From: an uncultured Pelagibacteraceae bacterium
GTDB lineage: Bacteria > Pseudomonadota > Alphaproteobacteria > Pelagibacterales > Pelagibacteraceae
Reading direction: 5' to 3'
Assembly: GCA_902619745.1 (NCBI GenBank)
Contig: CACNFL010000003.1
Span: 932 to 64,931, forward strand
DNA length: 64,000 nt
The notes beneath the pieces were generated by a model. That model made no database searches. It was not told where the DNA came from and worked only from the letters and a program-made list of their open reading frames with translations. The position numbers and the translations under genes were made by a program. Numbering within the stretch: position 1 is the first letter of the stretch; the number at the start of each line of letters is the position of its first letter. Positions 49,999 to 64,000 of this stretch are shown here, in pieces.

Positions 49999-50678
49999 TA
50001 TTGTTTACCTTCCTTTGGTGTTACCTTGTTGGTCTCTTGACTAAATTCTCTAGCAAAAACTTCTCCTTTATAAATCCAAACTTTAATTCCAATAATTCCA
50101 TAAGTTGTTAGAGCCTCTGCTTCTGCATAATCTATATCAGCTCTTAAAGTATGTGATGGAATGCTTCCATCTCTTAACCACTCTGTTCTAGCTATTTCAT
50201 TTCCACCAAGTCTTCCACTCACAGAAACTTTAATTCCTTTTGCTCCAAGTCTAATACATGATTGCATTGCTCTTTTCATAGCTCTTCTATAAGAAATTCT
50301 TTTAACAAGCTGTTGAGCTATGTTTTCAGCTACTAAATAAGCATTTGTCTCAGGTTTTTTAACTTCTTTAATATTTAGATTAACTTCATTTGAGGTTAAT
50401 TTTGAAAGATTGTTTTTAATTTTGTCTATATCACTTCCTTTTTTACCAATCACAAATCCTGGTCTAGAAGTGTAAATTGTAACATAACACTTATTGGAGG
50501 TTCTTTCGATCATTACCTTAGATACACCCGAGTTGATTACATTTTTCTTGATATATTCTCTAATTTTAAAATCTTCGATTAGATAATTTCCAAAATCTTT
50601 TTTCTTAGCATACCATACAGAGTCCCATCCTCTGTTGACACCTAATCTAAAACCTACAGGATTAACTTTTTGCCCCAT
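49998..50678 (-). CDS. rpsC: 30S ribosomal protein S3
   Basis: [35 protein letters not shown]. Confidence 0.98.
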   Translation of the reverse strand: MGQKVNPVGFRLGVNRGWDSVWYAKKKDFGNYLIEDFKIREYIKKNVINSGVSKVMIERTSNKCYVTIYTSRPGFVIGKKGSDIDKIKNNLSKLTSNEVNLNIKEVKKPETNAYLVAENIAQQLVKRISYRRAMKRAMQSCIRLGAKGIKVSVSGRLGGNEIARTEWLRDGSIPSHTLRADIDYAEAEALTTYGIIGIKVWIYKGEVFAREFSQETNKVTPKEGKQ

Positions 50679-51060
50679 GCTTCTCCATTTGTTTTGCTTC
50701 TGATAAAATTATTGTAACAGTTGACCAAGGTTTTAATATTGGTGCCGCTCTTCCTTTGGCTCTTGGTCTAAATCTTTTCATAACTATTTTTTTTCCACAA
50801 TATGCCTCTTTAACTATTAGTTTATCAATATCGTATTGAAAATTGTTTTCAGCATTGGCTACAGCTGAACTAATAGTTTTTCTAACATCTCTAGTAACTC
50901 TCTTTTCTGAAAACTGTAAATCTCTAATAGCTACATCAACTTTTTTACCAACAATACTTTTAAGTATTGGATTTAACTTTCTAACACTTGATCTAATACC
51001 GTTGTTAATAGACTTCACTGTTTTTTCGTTAGATTTATTTATTTTCTTTTTCTTGCCCAT
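50662..51060 (-). CDS. rplV: 50S ribosomal protein L22
   Basis: [20 protein letters not shown]. Confidence 0.97.
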   Translation of the reverse strand: MGKKKKINKSNEKTVKSINNGIRSSVRKLNPILKSIVGKKVDVAIRDLQFSEKRVTRDVRKTISSAVANAENNFQYDIDKLIVKEAYCGKKIVMKRFRPRAKGRAAPILKPWSTVTIILSEAKQMEKHGAKS

Positions 51061-51062
51061 AA

Positions 51063-51359
51063 TTATTTCTTCTCTGCTGTTGCTGGTTTAGCTTTTTTAT
51101 CAGCTGGTGTATGACCAAAGAACGTTCTTGTTGGTGCAAACTCACCCAGTTTATGTCCAACCATATCTTCTGAAACAGTTATTGGTATAAATTTTTTACC
51201 ATTATAAATTTGGAAACTTACCCCTACAAAATCTGGTAAAATTGTAGATTTTCTTGACCAAGTTTTAATGGGAATTTTCTTTGGATCGTCTTTATACTTG
51301 TCTACTTTTTTCATCAAGCTTTCCTCTACAAACGGTCCTTTCCAAACTGCTCTAGCCAT
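51063..51359 (-). CDS. rpsS: 30S ribosomal protein S19
   Basis: [24 protein letters not shown]. Confidence 0.98.
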   Translation of the reverse strand: MARAVWKGPFVEESLMKKVDKYKDDPKKIPIKTWSRKSTILPDFVGVSFQIYNGKKFIPITVSEDMVGHKLGEFAPTRTFFGHTPADKKAKPATAEKK

Positions 51360-52198
51360 TACTTGGTATCCTTCCTCTTATTTCTTCTCTTAACTATAAA
51401 TTTATCTGTTCTTTTATTATCTCGAGTTTTTAAACCTTTAGCGGATTGTCCTGTAGGTGAAACTGGATGTCTTCCTCCCGCAGATTTTCCTTCACCACCT
51501 CCATGCGGGTGATCAACTGGGTTTTTAACAACACCCCTAGTATGAGGTCTTCTACCCAACCATCTTGATCTACCTGCTTTTCCAATTTTAATATTTTTTT
51601 GATCTGGATTACTTAAAATTCCAATTGTAGCTAAAGCTCTTGAATCTATTTTTCTAACTTCACCTGAAGCTAATTTTATTAAACTATAGTTTCCATCTAG
51701 ACCAATAATAGTAACTGATGAACCAGCTGCTCTAGCAATTTTTCCACCACCCCCCGGCTGTATCTCGACATTATGTATATTGATACCCACTGGAATGTCT
51801 TGCAATGGCATACAATTACCTACTTTAATCTCTTTTTTAGAACCACTTTCAACTTTATCTCCAACTTTAATTTTTTGTGGTGCTAAGAAATATGAATGAG
51901 TACCATCCTCAAATTTAACTAACATAATGTAGCATGATCTATTAGGATCATATTCAATTCTTTCAACTGTGGCTTCTATATCGAATTTTTTTCTATAAAA
52001 ATCCACATGTCTGTACATTTTTTTATGTCCACCAGCTCTATTAATAGAGGTAATATGACCGTTATTATTTCTACCTTTCATCGCATTTTTAGGTGAAACT
52101 AAGGTCTTGAATGGTTTACCTTTCCATAAACCAGTTCTATCAACTAAAATAGTGCCTCTTGTAGATTTTGTATATGGTTTAAAAGTTTTTAATGCCAT
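51359..52198 (-). CDS. rplB: 50S ribosomal protein L2
   Basis: [33 protein letters not shown]. Confidence 0.98.
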   Translation of the reverse strand: MALKTFKPYTKSTRGTILVDRTGLWKGKPFKTLVSPKNAMKGRNNNGHITSINRAGGHKKMYRHVDFYRKKFDIEATVERIEYDPNRSCYIMLVKFEDGTHSYFLAPQKIKVGDKVESGSKKEIKVGNCMPLQDIPVGINIHNVEIQPGGGGKIARAAGSSVTIIGLDGNYSLIKLASGEVRKIDSRALATIGILSNPDQKNIKIGKAGRSRWLGRRPHTRGVVKNPVDHPHGGGEGKSAGGRHPVSPTGQSAKGLKTRDNKRTDKFIVKRRNKRKDTK

Positions 52199-52201
52199 TT
52201 A

Positions 52202-52495
52202 TTAAATTCCTGTTGTTAGATCAATGCTCTGACCTTTTTTTAAAGTAATTATTGCTTTTTTATATCCAGATACTTTTACTTTTCTACCTCTGGTAACTTT
52301 TGTTCTGTTCTGTTTGTTAATAATATTTATCTTTGTCACATTAACTTTGAATATTTTTTCAATATTTTTTTTTAAGTTTTTCTTATTTGCACCATCTGGA
52401 ACTTTAAATACAATTTTATTTAATTCAGATAAGTTAGTTGATTTCTCAGTAACTACTGGAGAAAGAATTTTGTCGTATAAATGAATTTTTTCCAT
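52202..52495 (-). CDS. rplW: 50S ribosomal protein L23
   Basis: P.VTEKS, IFKV.V, KKAIITL. Confidence 0.97.
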   Translation of the reverse strand: MEKIHLYDKILSPVVTEKSTNLSELNKIVFKVPDGANKKNLKKNIEKIFKVNVTKINIINKQNRTKVTRGRKVKVSGYKKAIITLKKGQSIDLTTGI

Positions 52496-52496
52496 A

Positions 52497-53120
52497 TTAT
52501 AAATATCTCTTTTCTAGTTCTTTTACAGAGCTTTCTGTGAAAACTACTTTTTTAAATTTAATAATGTCATAAGCGCTGAAATGATTTACATCTGTAACTT
52601 TAACATTTGGAATATTTCTTACTGATTTTTCAATTTTTTCTTTAGAATTTTTATCTAAAATTATTAGTGAATTTGTAATTTTAAGTTTATTAATAATTGA
52701 GTTCATCTCTTTTGTTTTTTTAATTTCAGAACTAAAATCATTTAAGATTAATAAATTTTTATTATTATTTTTTTCAGTAATTAAAGAAGCTACGCTTTGT
52801 TTTTTCTCAGTTTTGTTTAGTTTTCTTTTTTTATAAGCCAATTCACCTTTTGGTCCATGTGCAATACCACCGCCAACAAATATAGGAGCTTTTCTACTAG
52901 CATGCCTTGCACCACCAGTTCCTTTTTGAGCATATATTTTTGAAGTTGGTCCTTTTACTTCATTTTGTTGTTTGGTTTTGGCACGTCTTCCTTTGTAATT
53001 AGCATTTGTTTTATATAGAACAGCGCTAACTAATTTATGGTTAATTTTAGAAGAAAAAATCTTATCCAAAACTTCAATACTATCTTTTTTCCCGTCTATG
53101 CTAATTTTATCTAATTTCAT
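52497..53120 (-). CDS. rplD: 50S ribosomal protein L4
   Basis: QKGTGGARH, GGGIAHGP, RNIP. Confidence 0.97.
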   Translation of the reverse strand: MKLDKISIDGKKDSIEVLDKIFSSKINHKLVSAVLYKTNANYKGRRAKTKQQNEVKGPTSKIYAQKGTGGARHASRKAPIFVGGGIAHGPKGELAYKKRKLNKTEKKQSVASLITEKNNNKNLLILNDFSSEIKKTKEMNSIINKLKITNSLIILDKNSKEKIEKSVRNIPNVKVTDVNHFSAYDIIKFKKVVFTESSVKELEKRYL

Positions 53121-53830
53121 TATTTTTTCTTTTTCTCAGGTGTTTTTTTAGCCTCTTCAGCAGCTGCATGTTTCTCACCGATAGTCATTTTACTGATGTT
53201 TTTGACAGATTTTTTAACAATAACCTCTGCATTTTTAGAACCAGGAATTGACCCTTTTAAATAAAGAAGCTCGTTTTCTAAATCTGTTTTTATAATTTCA
53301 ATATTTAGCATAGTTCTCAATTTATCTCCCATATGACCAGCCATTTTTTTTCCTTTAAATACTTTTCCTGGATCTTGACTATGTCCTGTTGAACCATGTG
53401 CTCTGTGAGATATAGAAACACCATGACTGGCTCTTAAACCACCAAAATTATGTCTCTTCATAGCGCCTGCAAAACCTTTACCAATTGTTTTTGATCTTGT
53501 GTCTACAAATTTAATATCTTTGAATATTTCTAAACCAAACTCGTTTCCTTCTTTGTAAACAGATGTGTCGTTTACTCTGAATTCTTTTAATTTTTTCTTA
53601 GCTTCAGTATTTTTTTTAGCAAAAACACCTTTCATAGCTTTAGTTAATTTTGAATTTTTAACTTTCCCATATCCAAGCTGAACAGCCTTGTACCCTCTTT
53701 TTTCTTCTTCAATAACCTGAATAACTCTAGCTTTTTCGACTTTAAGTACAGTCACAGGAACTAATTGACCAGATTTATAGAACTCTCTCGTCATGCCTAT
53801 TTTCTTTCCTATTAAAGCTATCTCACTCAT
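53120..53830 (-). CDS. rplC: 50S ribosomal protein L3
   Basis: GKKIGMT, GKGFAG.MKRHNF, PGKVFKGKKMAGHMG. Confidence 0.98.
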   Translation of the reverse strand: MSEIALIGKKIGMTREFYKSGQLVPVTVLKVEKARVIQVIEEEKRGYKAVQLGYGKVKNSKLTKAMKGVFAKKNTEAKKKLKEFRVNDTSVYKEGNEFGLEIFKDIKFVDTRSKTIGKGFAGAMKRHNFGGLRASHGVSISHRAHGSTGHSQDPGKVFKGKKMAGHMGDKLRTMLNIEIIKTDLENELLYLKGSIPGSKNAEVIVKKSVKNISKMTIGEKHAAAEEAKKTPEKKKK

Positions 53831-53832
53831 AA

Positions 53833-54141
53833 TTAAATTTTTATCTCTACATCTACACCAGAAGCTAAATCTAGTTTCATTAATGCCTCTACTGTTTGTG
53901 GTGTTGGTTCAATAATATCTATTAATCTTTTATGAGTTCTTGACTCAAATTGTTCTCTACTTTTCTTGTCTATATGTGGTGATCTTAAAACTGTATATCT
54001 TTCAATTCTAGTGGGTAATGGTATTGGTCCCTTAATTGTTGCTCCAGTTCTTTTTACTGTATTTACAATCTCCTCTGTAGAAGCATCTAGAACTTTATTG
54101 TCATATGCTCTTAATTTAATTCTTATATTCTGTTTTTCCAT
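53833..54141 (-). CDS. rpsJ: 30S ribosomal protein S10
   Basis: [28 protein letters not shown]. Confidence 0.98.
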   Translation of the reverse strand: MEKQNIRIKLRAYDNKVLDASTEEIVNTVKRTGATIKGPIPLPTRIERYTVLRSPHIDKKSREQFESRTHKRLIDIIEPTPQTVEALMKLDLASGVDVEIKI

Positions 54142-54143
54142 GA

Positions 54144-56222
54144 TTAACCTGCAATCTTCTTAGTAACTTCGTCTTGAACATTTTGTGGTACTTTTGAATA
54201 ATGATCAAAAAACATTGAATATTGTGCTCTACCTTGAGACATTGATCTTAAATTATTTATATAACCAAACATGTTAGCCAAAGGAACCATTGCTGTTATT
54301 ACGGTTGCGTTACCTCTTTGCTCTTGAGTACTGATTTGACCCCTTCTACTATTTAAATCACCTATAACATCACCCATGTAGTCTTCAGGTGTTACTACTT
54401 CAACCCTCATTACTGGTTCTAATAATTTTAGTCCACCTTTTGTACAAGCTTCTTTAAAGCAAGCTCTACTTGCTAATTCAAATGCTAGTACACTTGAGTC
54501 AACATCGTGATGCAATCCATCTAAAATAGTTACTTTATAATCAATCATTGGAAATCCAGCTAAAATTCCAGAATCTGAAACTGTTTCTATTCCTTTTTCA
54601 ACACCCGGAATAAATTCTTTTGGAATCGCACCACCTTTAATTTTACTCTCTACATCTCTACCTTTGCCAGGTTCTTGAGGCTCTACTAAAAGTTTAACTT
54701 TTGCAAATTGACCAGCACCACCACTTTGTTTTTTATGAGTATATTCAACCTCTGAAGCAGCTTCTATAGTTTCTCTATAAGCAACTTGTGGAGCTCCAAC
54801 ATTGGCCTCTACTTTAAATTCTCTTTTCATTCTATCAACAATAATATCCAAGTGTAGTTCACCCATTCCTTTAATAATTGTTTGTCCTGACTCTTCGTCT
54901 GAAGTAACTCTAAAAGAAGGATCTTCCTTAGCTAACCTGCCTAATGCTTCACCCATTTTTTCTTGGTCCGCTTTTGTTTTTGGTTCTACTGCAATTTCAA
55001 TTACTGGATCAGGGAACTCCATTGGTTCAAGAAGAACTGAATTTTCTTTGTCACATAAAGTATGTCCTGTAATAGTATTTTTTAATCCTGCTAAAGCAAC
55101 TATATCACCTGCATTAGCCTCTTTAATATCTTCTCGAGAATTTGCATGCATTAAAAGCATTCTTCCAACTCTTTCTTCTTTTTCTTTAGAAGAATTAAAG
55201 ACTGCAGTACCAGTTTTGATTGTACCAGAATAGATTCTAATAAAAGTTAGTGAGCCGACAAATGGATCGTTAGCCACTTTAAAAGCTAAAGCAGAAAATG
55301 GAACACTATCCTCAAATTTCATTTCCATCTCATCATCACTACCTAATTTAGTTCCTTTGATAGATCCAATATCTACTGGACTTGGCAAATAATTAACAAC
55401 AGCATCAAGCAAAGGCTGAACACCTTTGTTTTTGAATGCTGAACCTGTCAAAACTGGAACAAAACTAAAATTTAGAGTTCCTTTTCTTATGCATTTGACC
55501 AAATCTTCTTCTTTAATTTCATCACCATTTAAATAAGCTTCCATTAGCTTTTCATCTTGTTCAACAGCTGTTTCAACTAATTCTGTTCTGTATTTTTCTG
55601 AAATTTCTTTTAAATCTTCTGGAATTTCTTTGTATTCCCATTCAGCTCCTAGTGCCTCATTTTTCCAAACTTGAGCTTTCATTTTAACAAGATCAACTAC
55701 ACCAGATAAAGAAGCTTCAGCTCCTATAGGGACTTGCAGAACCAAAGGTTTGGCACCTAATCTATCTCTAATCATGTCTACACATCTAAAGAAATCAGCA
55801 CCTGTTCTGTCTAATTTGTTTACAAAACAAATTCTTGGTACTTTATACTTATCGGCTTGTCTCCATACAGTTTCGGATTGCGGCTCTACACCTGCAACTC
55901 CATCAAAAACAGCAACAGCACCATCTAAAACTTTTAAAGACCTTTCTACTTCAATGGTAAAATCAACGTGACCAGGTGTGTCTATAATATTAATTCTATG
56001 ATCATTCCAAAAACAAGTAGTGGCCGCAGATGTAATTGTAATTCCTCTTTCTTGTTCTTGCTCCATCCAATCCATTGTTGCTGCACCATCGTGTACTTCA
56101 CCAATTTTGTGACTCTTTCCTGTATAATATAGAACTCTTTCAGTAGTAGTTGTTTTACCAGCATCTATATGGGCCATGATCCCAATGTTTCTATATTTAT
56201 CTAATGAATGAGTTCTAGCCAT
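54144..56222 (-). CDS. fusA: Elongation factor G
   Basis: [38 protein letters not shown]. Confidence 0.99.
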   Translation of the reverse strand: MARTHSLDKYRNIGIMAHIDAGKTTTTERVLYYTGKSHKIGEVHDGAATMDWMEQEQERGITITSAATTCFWNDHRINIIDTPGHVDFTIEVERSLKVLDGAVAVFDGVAGVEPQSETVWRQADKYKVPRICFVNKLDRTGADFFRCVDMIRDRLGAKPLVLQVPIGAEASLSGVVDLVKMKAQVWKNEALGAEWEYKEIPEDLKEISEKYRTELVETAVEQDEKLMEAYLNGDEIKEEDLVKCIRKGTLNFSFVPVLTGSAFKNKGVQPLLDAVVNYLPSPVDIGSIKGTKLGSDDEMEMKFEDSVPFSALAFKVANDPFVGSLTFIRIYSGTIKTGTAVFNSSKEKEERVGRMLLMHANSREDIKEANAGDIVALAGLKNTITGHTLCDKENSVLLEPMEFPDPVIEIAVEPKTKADQEKMGEALGRLAKEDPSFRVTSDEESGQTIIKGMGELHLDIIVDRMKREFKVEANVGAPQVAYRETIEAASEVEYTHKKQSGGAGQFAKVKLLVEPQEPGKGRDVESKIKGGAIPKEFIPGVEKGIETVSDSGILAGFPMIDYKVTILDGLHHDVDSSVLAFELASRACFKEACTKGGLKLLEPVMRVEVVTPEDYMGDVIGDLNSRRGQISTQEQRGNATVITAMVPLANMFGYINNLRSMSQGRAQYSMFFDHYSKVPQNVQDEVTKKIAG

Positions 56223-56228
56223 ATCTTA

Positions 56229-56699
56229 TTACCACCTAAAATGAGCAAATGCCTTGTTAGACTCTGCCATTTTATGTACATCCTCTCTTTTTTTAACAGC
56301 AGCTCCTTTTTTTTCATAAGCATCATAAAGCTCATTAAAAATTTTATCTGCCATATGTTTATCTTTTCTTTTTCTTGCTGATTCTACTAACCATCTAATT
56401 GCTAAGGCTTGTGCTCTTTTACTTTTTACTTCAACGGGAACTTGATAAGTTGCACCACCTACTCTTCTAGATCTAACTTCTACAGTTGGTTTGATATTAT
56501 TAATTGCTTCATTAAAAATATTAATTGGCTCATCTTTAGTTTTTGTTTTAATTTTATCGATAGCGTCATAAACTATTTTAGCAGCAATACCTCTTTTACC
56601 ATCGTACATGATGTTGTTGATTAATTTTGGAATTATAGTTGATTTAAATTTTGGATCTGGAACTACATTTTTTTTTGGTTGAGTTTTTTTTCTAGACAT
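56229..56699 (-). CDS. rpsG: 30S ribosomal protein S7
   Basis: EVRSRRVGGATYQVP, HKMAESNKAFAHFRW. Confidence 0.98.
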   Translation of the reverse strand: MSRKKTQPKKNVVPDPKFKSTIIPKLINNIMYDGKRGIAAKIVYDAIDKIKTKTKDEPINIFNEAINNIKPTVEVRSRRVGGATYQVPVEVKSKRAQALAIRWLVESARKRKDKHMADKIFNELYDAYEKKGAAVKKREDVHKMAESNKAFAHFRW

Positions 56700-57070
56700 T
56701 ATTTACCTTTTTTTGTTCCGTATAAAGATCTTCTTTGTTTTCTGTTTGCAACACCTTGCGTATCTAGATTACCTCTTAGAATATGATAACGAACTCCTGG
56801 TAAATCTTTTACCCTACCACCTCTAATCAGTACTACTGAGTGTTCTTGTAGATTGTGACCTTCACCAGGAATGTAAGCTGTAACTTCGAATCCATTTGAT
56901 AGTCTTACCCTAGCAACTTTTCTTAATGCAGAGTTTGGTTTCTTAGGAGTTGTTGTATAAACTTTTACACAAACACCTCTCTTTAAAGGTTGTTTTTGTA
57001 GAGCAGGAACTTTGTTCCTTGCTGCTGGTTTCACTCTTTTTTTTCTTAACAACTGATTAATAGTTGGCAT
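56699..57070 (-). CDS. rpsL: 30S ribosomal protein S12
   Basis: [28 protein letters not shown]; true start ATG 57070, not the ORF-track GTG/TTG extension to 57166. Confidence 0.99.
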   Translation of the reverse strand: MPTINQLLRKKRVKPAARNKVPALQKQPLKRGVCVKVYTTTPKKPNSALRKVARVRLSNGFEVTAYIPGEGHNLQEHSVVLIRGGRVKDLPGVRYHILRGNLDTQGVANRKQRRSLYGTKKGK

Positions 57071-57105
57071 AAATATTTTAAAATTAATTAATTTATTTTT
57101 AGATG

Positions 57106-57180
57106 AAAATAACTGACAGGTTATTTTGTGGCAGCGTTTAGTACCGTTAGAAGCACTACATTCCAACCAAAAACATCGCC
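57106..57180 (-). ncRNA. Structured rpsL 5' leader (probably the SAR11/Rickettsiales rpsL leader motif)
   Basis: Minus strand: outer stem GGCGAUGUUU/AAACGCUGCC, inner stem GUUGGAA/UUCUAAC, loop-overlapping UAGUGC able to pair with GUACUA (pseudoknot), second hairpin AAAAUAAC/GUUAUUUU; GC-richer than its flanks. Confidence 0.7.
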
Positions 57181-57208
57181 AAAATACTTAATAATAGCCC
57201 TTTGTCAA
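57181..57208 (-). promoter_or_regulatory. Putative sigma70 promoter of the str/S10/spc superoperon
   Basis: TTGACA-16 bp-TATTTT directly upstream of the structured leader. Confidence 0.55.
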
Positions 57209-57237
57209 ACTAAAACTGCAATTTTTAGGTGATTTTT

Positions 57238-60200
57238 TTATTGATTTGCTTGTGTTTCTTCAGGTTCTGCGGCTTCTATTTTATCCTGCTCTGCTAAGAA
57301 ATTATTATCATCTTCTAGAGCTTTATTGTTCCATCTATTTTTAATATTACCAGTACCTGCAGGAACTAATCTTCCAACAATTACATTCTCTTTTAGGCCA
57401 TTTAATGGATCAACTTTTCCTTTAATTGCAGCATCGGTTAATACTCTTGTTGTTTCTTGGAAGGAAGCTGCTGAAATAAACGACTCTGTTTGAAGTGAAG
57501 CCTTAGTAATACCCATTAGAACTCTTTCACCAACGGCTGGTGTTTTTCCTTCTGCAACCAATTTTTCATTAGTATTATCAAACTTAATTCTATCAACCAC
57601 TTCACCAGGTAAATAATTTGAATCTCCTGATACTTTAACTTCAACTTTTTTAAGCATTTGTCTTAAAATAGTTTCAATATGCTTATCGTTTATTATTACA
57701 CCTTGTAATCTATAAACTTCTTGAACTTGATTAACAAAATATTCTGTTAATTCTTTGATACCTAAAATTCTCAAAATATCATGTGGCAGTGGTTGACCAT
57801 CTAAAAGATACTCTCCTTTTTGAATTTTTTCACCTGGATTGAAATTGATATGTTTACCTTTTGGAATTAAATAATTTGAAGGTTCTGATCCATCTTCAGG
57901 AACAATAGATACTCTTTGTTTGCCTCTTACCTCTTTACCAAAAACAACACTACCATCATTTTCTGCAATGATCGCACTATCCTTAGCCTTTCTAGCTTCA
58001 AATAACTCAGCAACTCTTGGAAGACCTCCGGTAATATCTTTTGTTTTTGTAGTTTCCTTAGGTAATCTTGCAATTACATCACCTGCATAAACTTTTTGAC
58101 CGTCTTTAATTGATAAAATCGAATCCGGTACTAAATAATATCTAGCTTCATTATCATCAGCTTTTTTAATCACATTTCCTTTTTCATCTCTTAAAGTAAT
58201 TCTAGGTTTTAAATCAGTACTTTTTGATTGACCTCTCCAATCAATTACTGATTTAGAAGAAATTCCAGTTGCATCGTCAGTAGTTTCTTGAATAGATACA
58301 CCATCAATTAAATCTACATAACTAGCTGTACCACTTTTCTCTGCAATAACTGGAGTAGTATATGGATCCCATTCACATATTTTAGTATTTGCTTTTACTT
58401 TATCACCATTGTTGAAAAATAATCTTGAACCATAAGCAACTTTATAAACCGCTATCTGAACTCCTTTGTCATCCTCTATCGAAAGTTGAGTGTTTCTTCC
58501 CATAACAATCAAATTCTTTTTAGAGTCCTCTAAAATATTTGAGTTGATTATTTTTAAAGTTCCTTCACTTTTAGTAATTATTTGAGAATCTTGTTTAACT
58601 GAAGCTGTTCCTCCAACGTGGAACGTTCTCATTGTTAGCTGTGTTCCTGGTTCTCCAATTGATTGAGCTGATATCATTCCAATAGCCTCACCAACGTGAA
58701 CCATTTTACCTCTTGATAAATCTCGTCCATAGCAAGTAGCACAAACACCTTCTTTTGAACTACATGTCATTACTGAATAAACTTTAATTGATTTAACACC
58801 TGCAGCATCAATTTTATCGCAGCCTGCTTCATCAATCATTTCAGATTTTTTAATAATTACTTCACCCGATAAAGGGTTCTTAACATCAGCAGCTGTTACT
58901 CTTCCTAATGCTCTTTCAGATAAACTAACAACCACATTACCACCTTCTAAAATTTCAGACAGTTCAATAAATCCAGGATTCTCGCAATTGACTTTAGTTA
59001 TTGTTAAATCTTGTGCAACATCACATAGTCTTCTTGTTAAATATCCAGAACTAGCTGTTTTAAGTGCTGTATCTGCTAATCCTTTTCTAGCTCCGTGAGT
59101 TGAATTAAAGTACTCTAAAGCAGTCAATCCTTCTTTAAAGTTTGAAATAATTGGACTTTCAATAATTTCTCCTGATGGTTTAGCAATCAAACCTCTCATA
59201 CCAGCTAATTGTTTCATTTGGGCAGCAGATCCTCTAGCTCCACTGTCGGCCATCATAAATACAGAATTAATCTTTAATCCTTCATCAGTTTTTTCTGTAG
59301 CTGAAATTCCTTTCATCATTTCTCCGGCAACTTTATCTGTACACTTAGACCAAGCATCAACAACTTTGTTGTATTTTTCACCTCTTGTAATTAAACCTTC
59401 GGCATATTGAGTTTCATAATCTGCAATTAATTTCTTAGTATCATCAATTAATTGAGTTTTATTTTCAGGGATCACAAGATCGTCTTTTCCAAACGAAATT
59501 CCTGCTTTAAATGCATGTTTAAATCCTAAATCTTTAAGCTTGTCACAGAAAATTACAGTTGTTTTTTGACCACAAAATCTAAATACAATATCAATTATTT
59601 CTGAAACTACTTTTTTAGGTAACAATCTATCTACTAAAGAGAACTTAATGTTACTATTTTTAGGTAATAAGTTAGCTAATAAAAATCTTCCAGCTGTAGA
59701 AGTGTATTTTTCTATTTTCTTATTCCCCTGCTCATCTACAGTCTCGTATCTTGAAATGATAGTGCTATGCACATTTATTTGACCAGATGATAATGCAAAT
59801 TCAATTTGATCTGAATTTATAAAGTATCCAGCTGGTTTATCAGATATAGGTTCTTGTGATAGATAGTAAATTCCTAAAATCATATCCTGACTTGGAACGA
59901 TAATTGGTTTACCATTTGATGGTGAAAGAATATTATTCGTGGATAACATTAAAATTCTTGCTTCTAATTGTGCCTCTAGACTTAATGGAACGTGAACTGC
60001 CATTTGGTCACCATCAAAATCAGCGTTAAATGCTGCACAAGTTAAAGGGTGTAATTCAATTGCATCTCCTTCAATTAATTTTGGCTCAAATGCTTGAACT
60101 CCAAGCCTATGAAGTGTTGGAGCTCTATTTAAAAGTACCGGATGCTCTCTAACAATTAATTCTAAAGCATCCCAAACTGCATTCGTTTCTTTTTCAACTA

Positions 60201-61409
60201 ATTTTTTGGCTTGTTTAATAGTTGATGCTAAGCCTAATTTATTTAATCTTGCATATAAAAATGGTTTAAATAATTCTAAAGCCATTTTTTTAGGTAAACC
60301 ACACTCATGTAATTTCAAATCAGGACCAACAACAATTACTGATCTTCCTGAATAATCAACCCTTTTACCTAATAAATTTTGTCTGAATCTTCCTTGCTTA
60401 CCTTTTAACATCTCTGCAAGGGATTTAAGTGGTCGCTTACCTGTTCCTGTAATTACTCTGCCTCTTCTACCATTATCAAATAAAGCATCTACAGACTCTT
60501 GAAGCATTCTTTTTTCATTTCTTACAATGATATCTGGAGCTTTAAGATCCATTAATCTTTTTAATCTATTATTTCTATTTATTACTCTTCTGTATAAATC
60601 GTTAAGATCTGAAGTGGCAAATCTTCCACCGTCTAGAGGAACTAATGGTCTTAATTCTGGTGGAATAACTGGTACGACAGTCATAATCATCCATTCAGGT
60701 TTTTGACCAGTTTCAATAAATGACTCAATTAGTTTTAGTCTTTTAATTGCTCTTTCTTCATTAACTTTTGATTTAGTTTCTTTAATAAAGCTAACAAGAT
60801 TTTTTCTTTCTAATTCTAAATCTAAATTTTTCAGCATTTCAAGAACTGCTTCTGCTCCTATTCCCGCTGCAAAACTTTCTTCACCAAACTCATCCTGGTA
60901 TTTTGCTAATTCTTCCTCATTTAAGAGTTGATTTTTTTGTAAACCAGTTAAACCAGGTTCTATTACTATAAAGTTTTCAAAATAAAGAACTCTCTCTATT
61001 TCTTTTAATTTCATATCTACTGCTAAAGCAATTCTGCTTGGAAGAGACTTCAAGAACCAAATATGCGCTACCGGTGTAGCAAGGTTAATATGGCCCATTC
61101 TTTCTCTTCTTACATTTGATTTTGTAACCTCAACACCGCATTTCTCACATATAATTCCTCTAAATTTCATTCTTTTATACTTGCCACATAAACACTCATA
61201 ATCTTTTATTGGTCCAAAAATCCTTGCACAGAACAAACCATCTTTTTCAGGTCTAAACGTTCTATAATTAATTGTTTCAGGCTTTTTAATTTCACCAAAT
61301 GTCCAAGATTTAATTTTCTCTGGGCTCGCAAGTGAAATTTTAATACTATTAAAATTTTGAGCTTCTGAAATCTCGCTGCCCTTAAATAGATCTGTTAATT
61401 CTTTTTTCA

Positions 61410-61410
<1 letters not shown>
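57238..61410 (-). CDS. rpoC: RNA polymerase beta' subunit
   Basis: [45 protein letters not shown]. Confidence 0.99.

Positions 61411-64000
<2,590 letters not shown>

Noticed and set aside
57071-57166. 32-aa N-terminal extension of RpsL, or a leader peptide, suggested by the ORF track
   Set aside because: RpsL has its canonical MPTINQL start at 57070; the upstream region is better explained as structured RNA leader

Overview
Very AT-rich, almost gap-free alphaproteobacterial core-genome segment. Gene content, gene order and extreme compaction strongly resemble SAR11 / 'Ca. Pelagibacter' (inference from recall, not a database result). Left to right: riboflavin genes (ribE partial, ribD), nrdR, glyA, rpiB, a 2OG-Fe(II) beta-hydroxylase-family gene, hemB, the recO-rnc-lepB-acpS-pdxJ-pyrE-spoT-folK-smpB-dapA cluster, a soluble lytic transglycosylase, a TPR/glycosyltransferase gene abutting tRNA-Ser(GCT), soxBDAG, a gatCAB-O-methyltransferase-trhO-MATE-nuclease operon, yqgF-pyrB-pyrC'-plsY-topA, ridA, ugd-galU, panC, mgtE, lipB, rluC, the alpha/spc/S10/str ribosomal protein superoperon, rpoC and partial rpoB. 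I found no integrase, transposase, prophage or CRISPR array. The best candidates for undescribed biology are four. (1) A TrmR-like O-methyltransferase is coupled to trhO inside the gatCAB operon, suggesting an O2-dependent mo5U34 tRNA pathway. (2) A beta-hydroxylase heads an operon whose SHMT has an atypical PLP motif. (3) -10 boxes recur 7-8 nt upstream of start codons, implying leaderless mRNAs, most clearly for a domain-trimmed spoT. (4) A TPR-glycosyltransferase singleton sits at a tRNA 3' end. Streamlining signatures include no era, rpoZ, dprA, rpmD or tuf at their usual positions.
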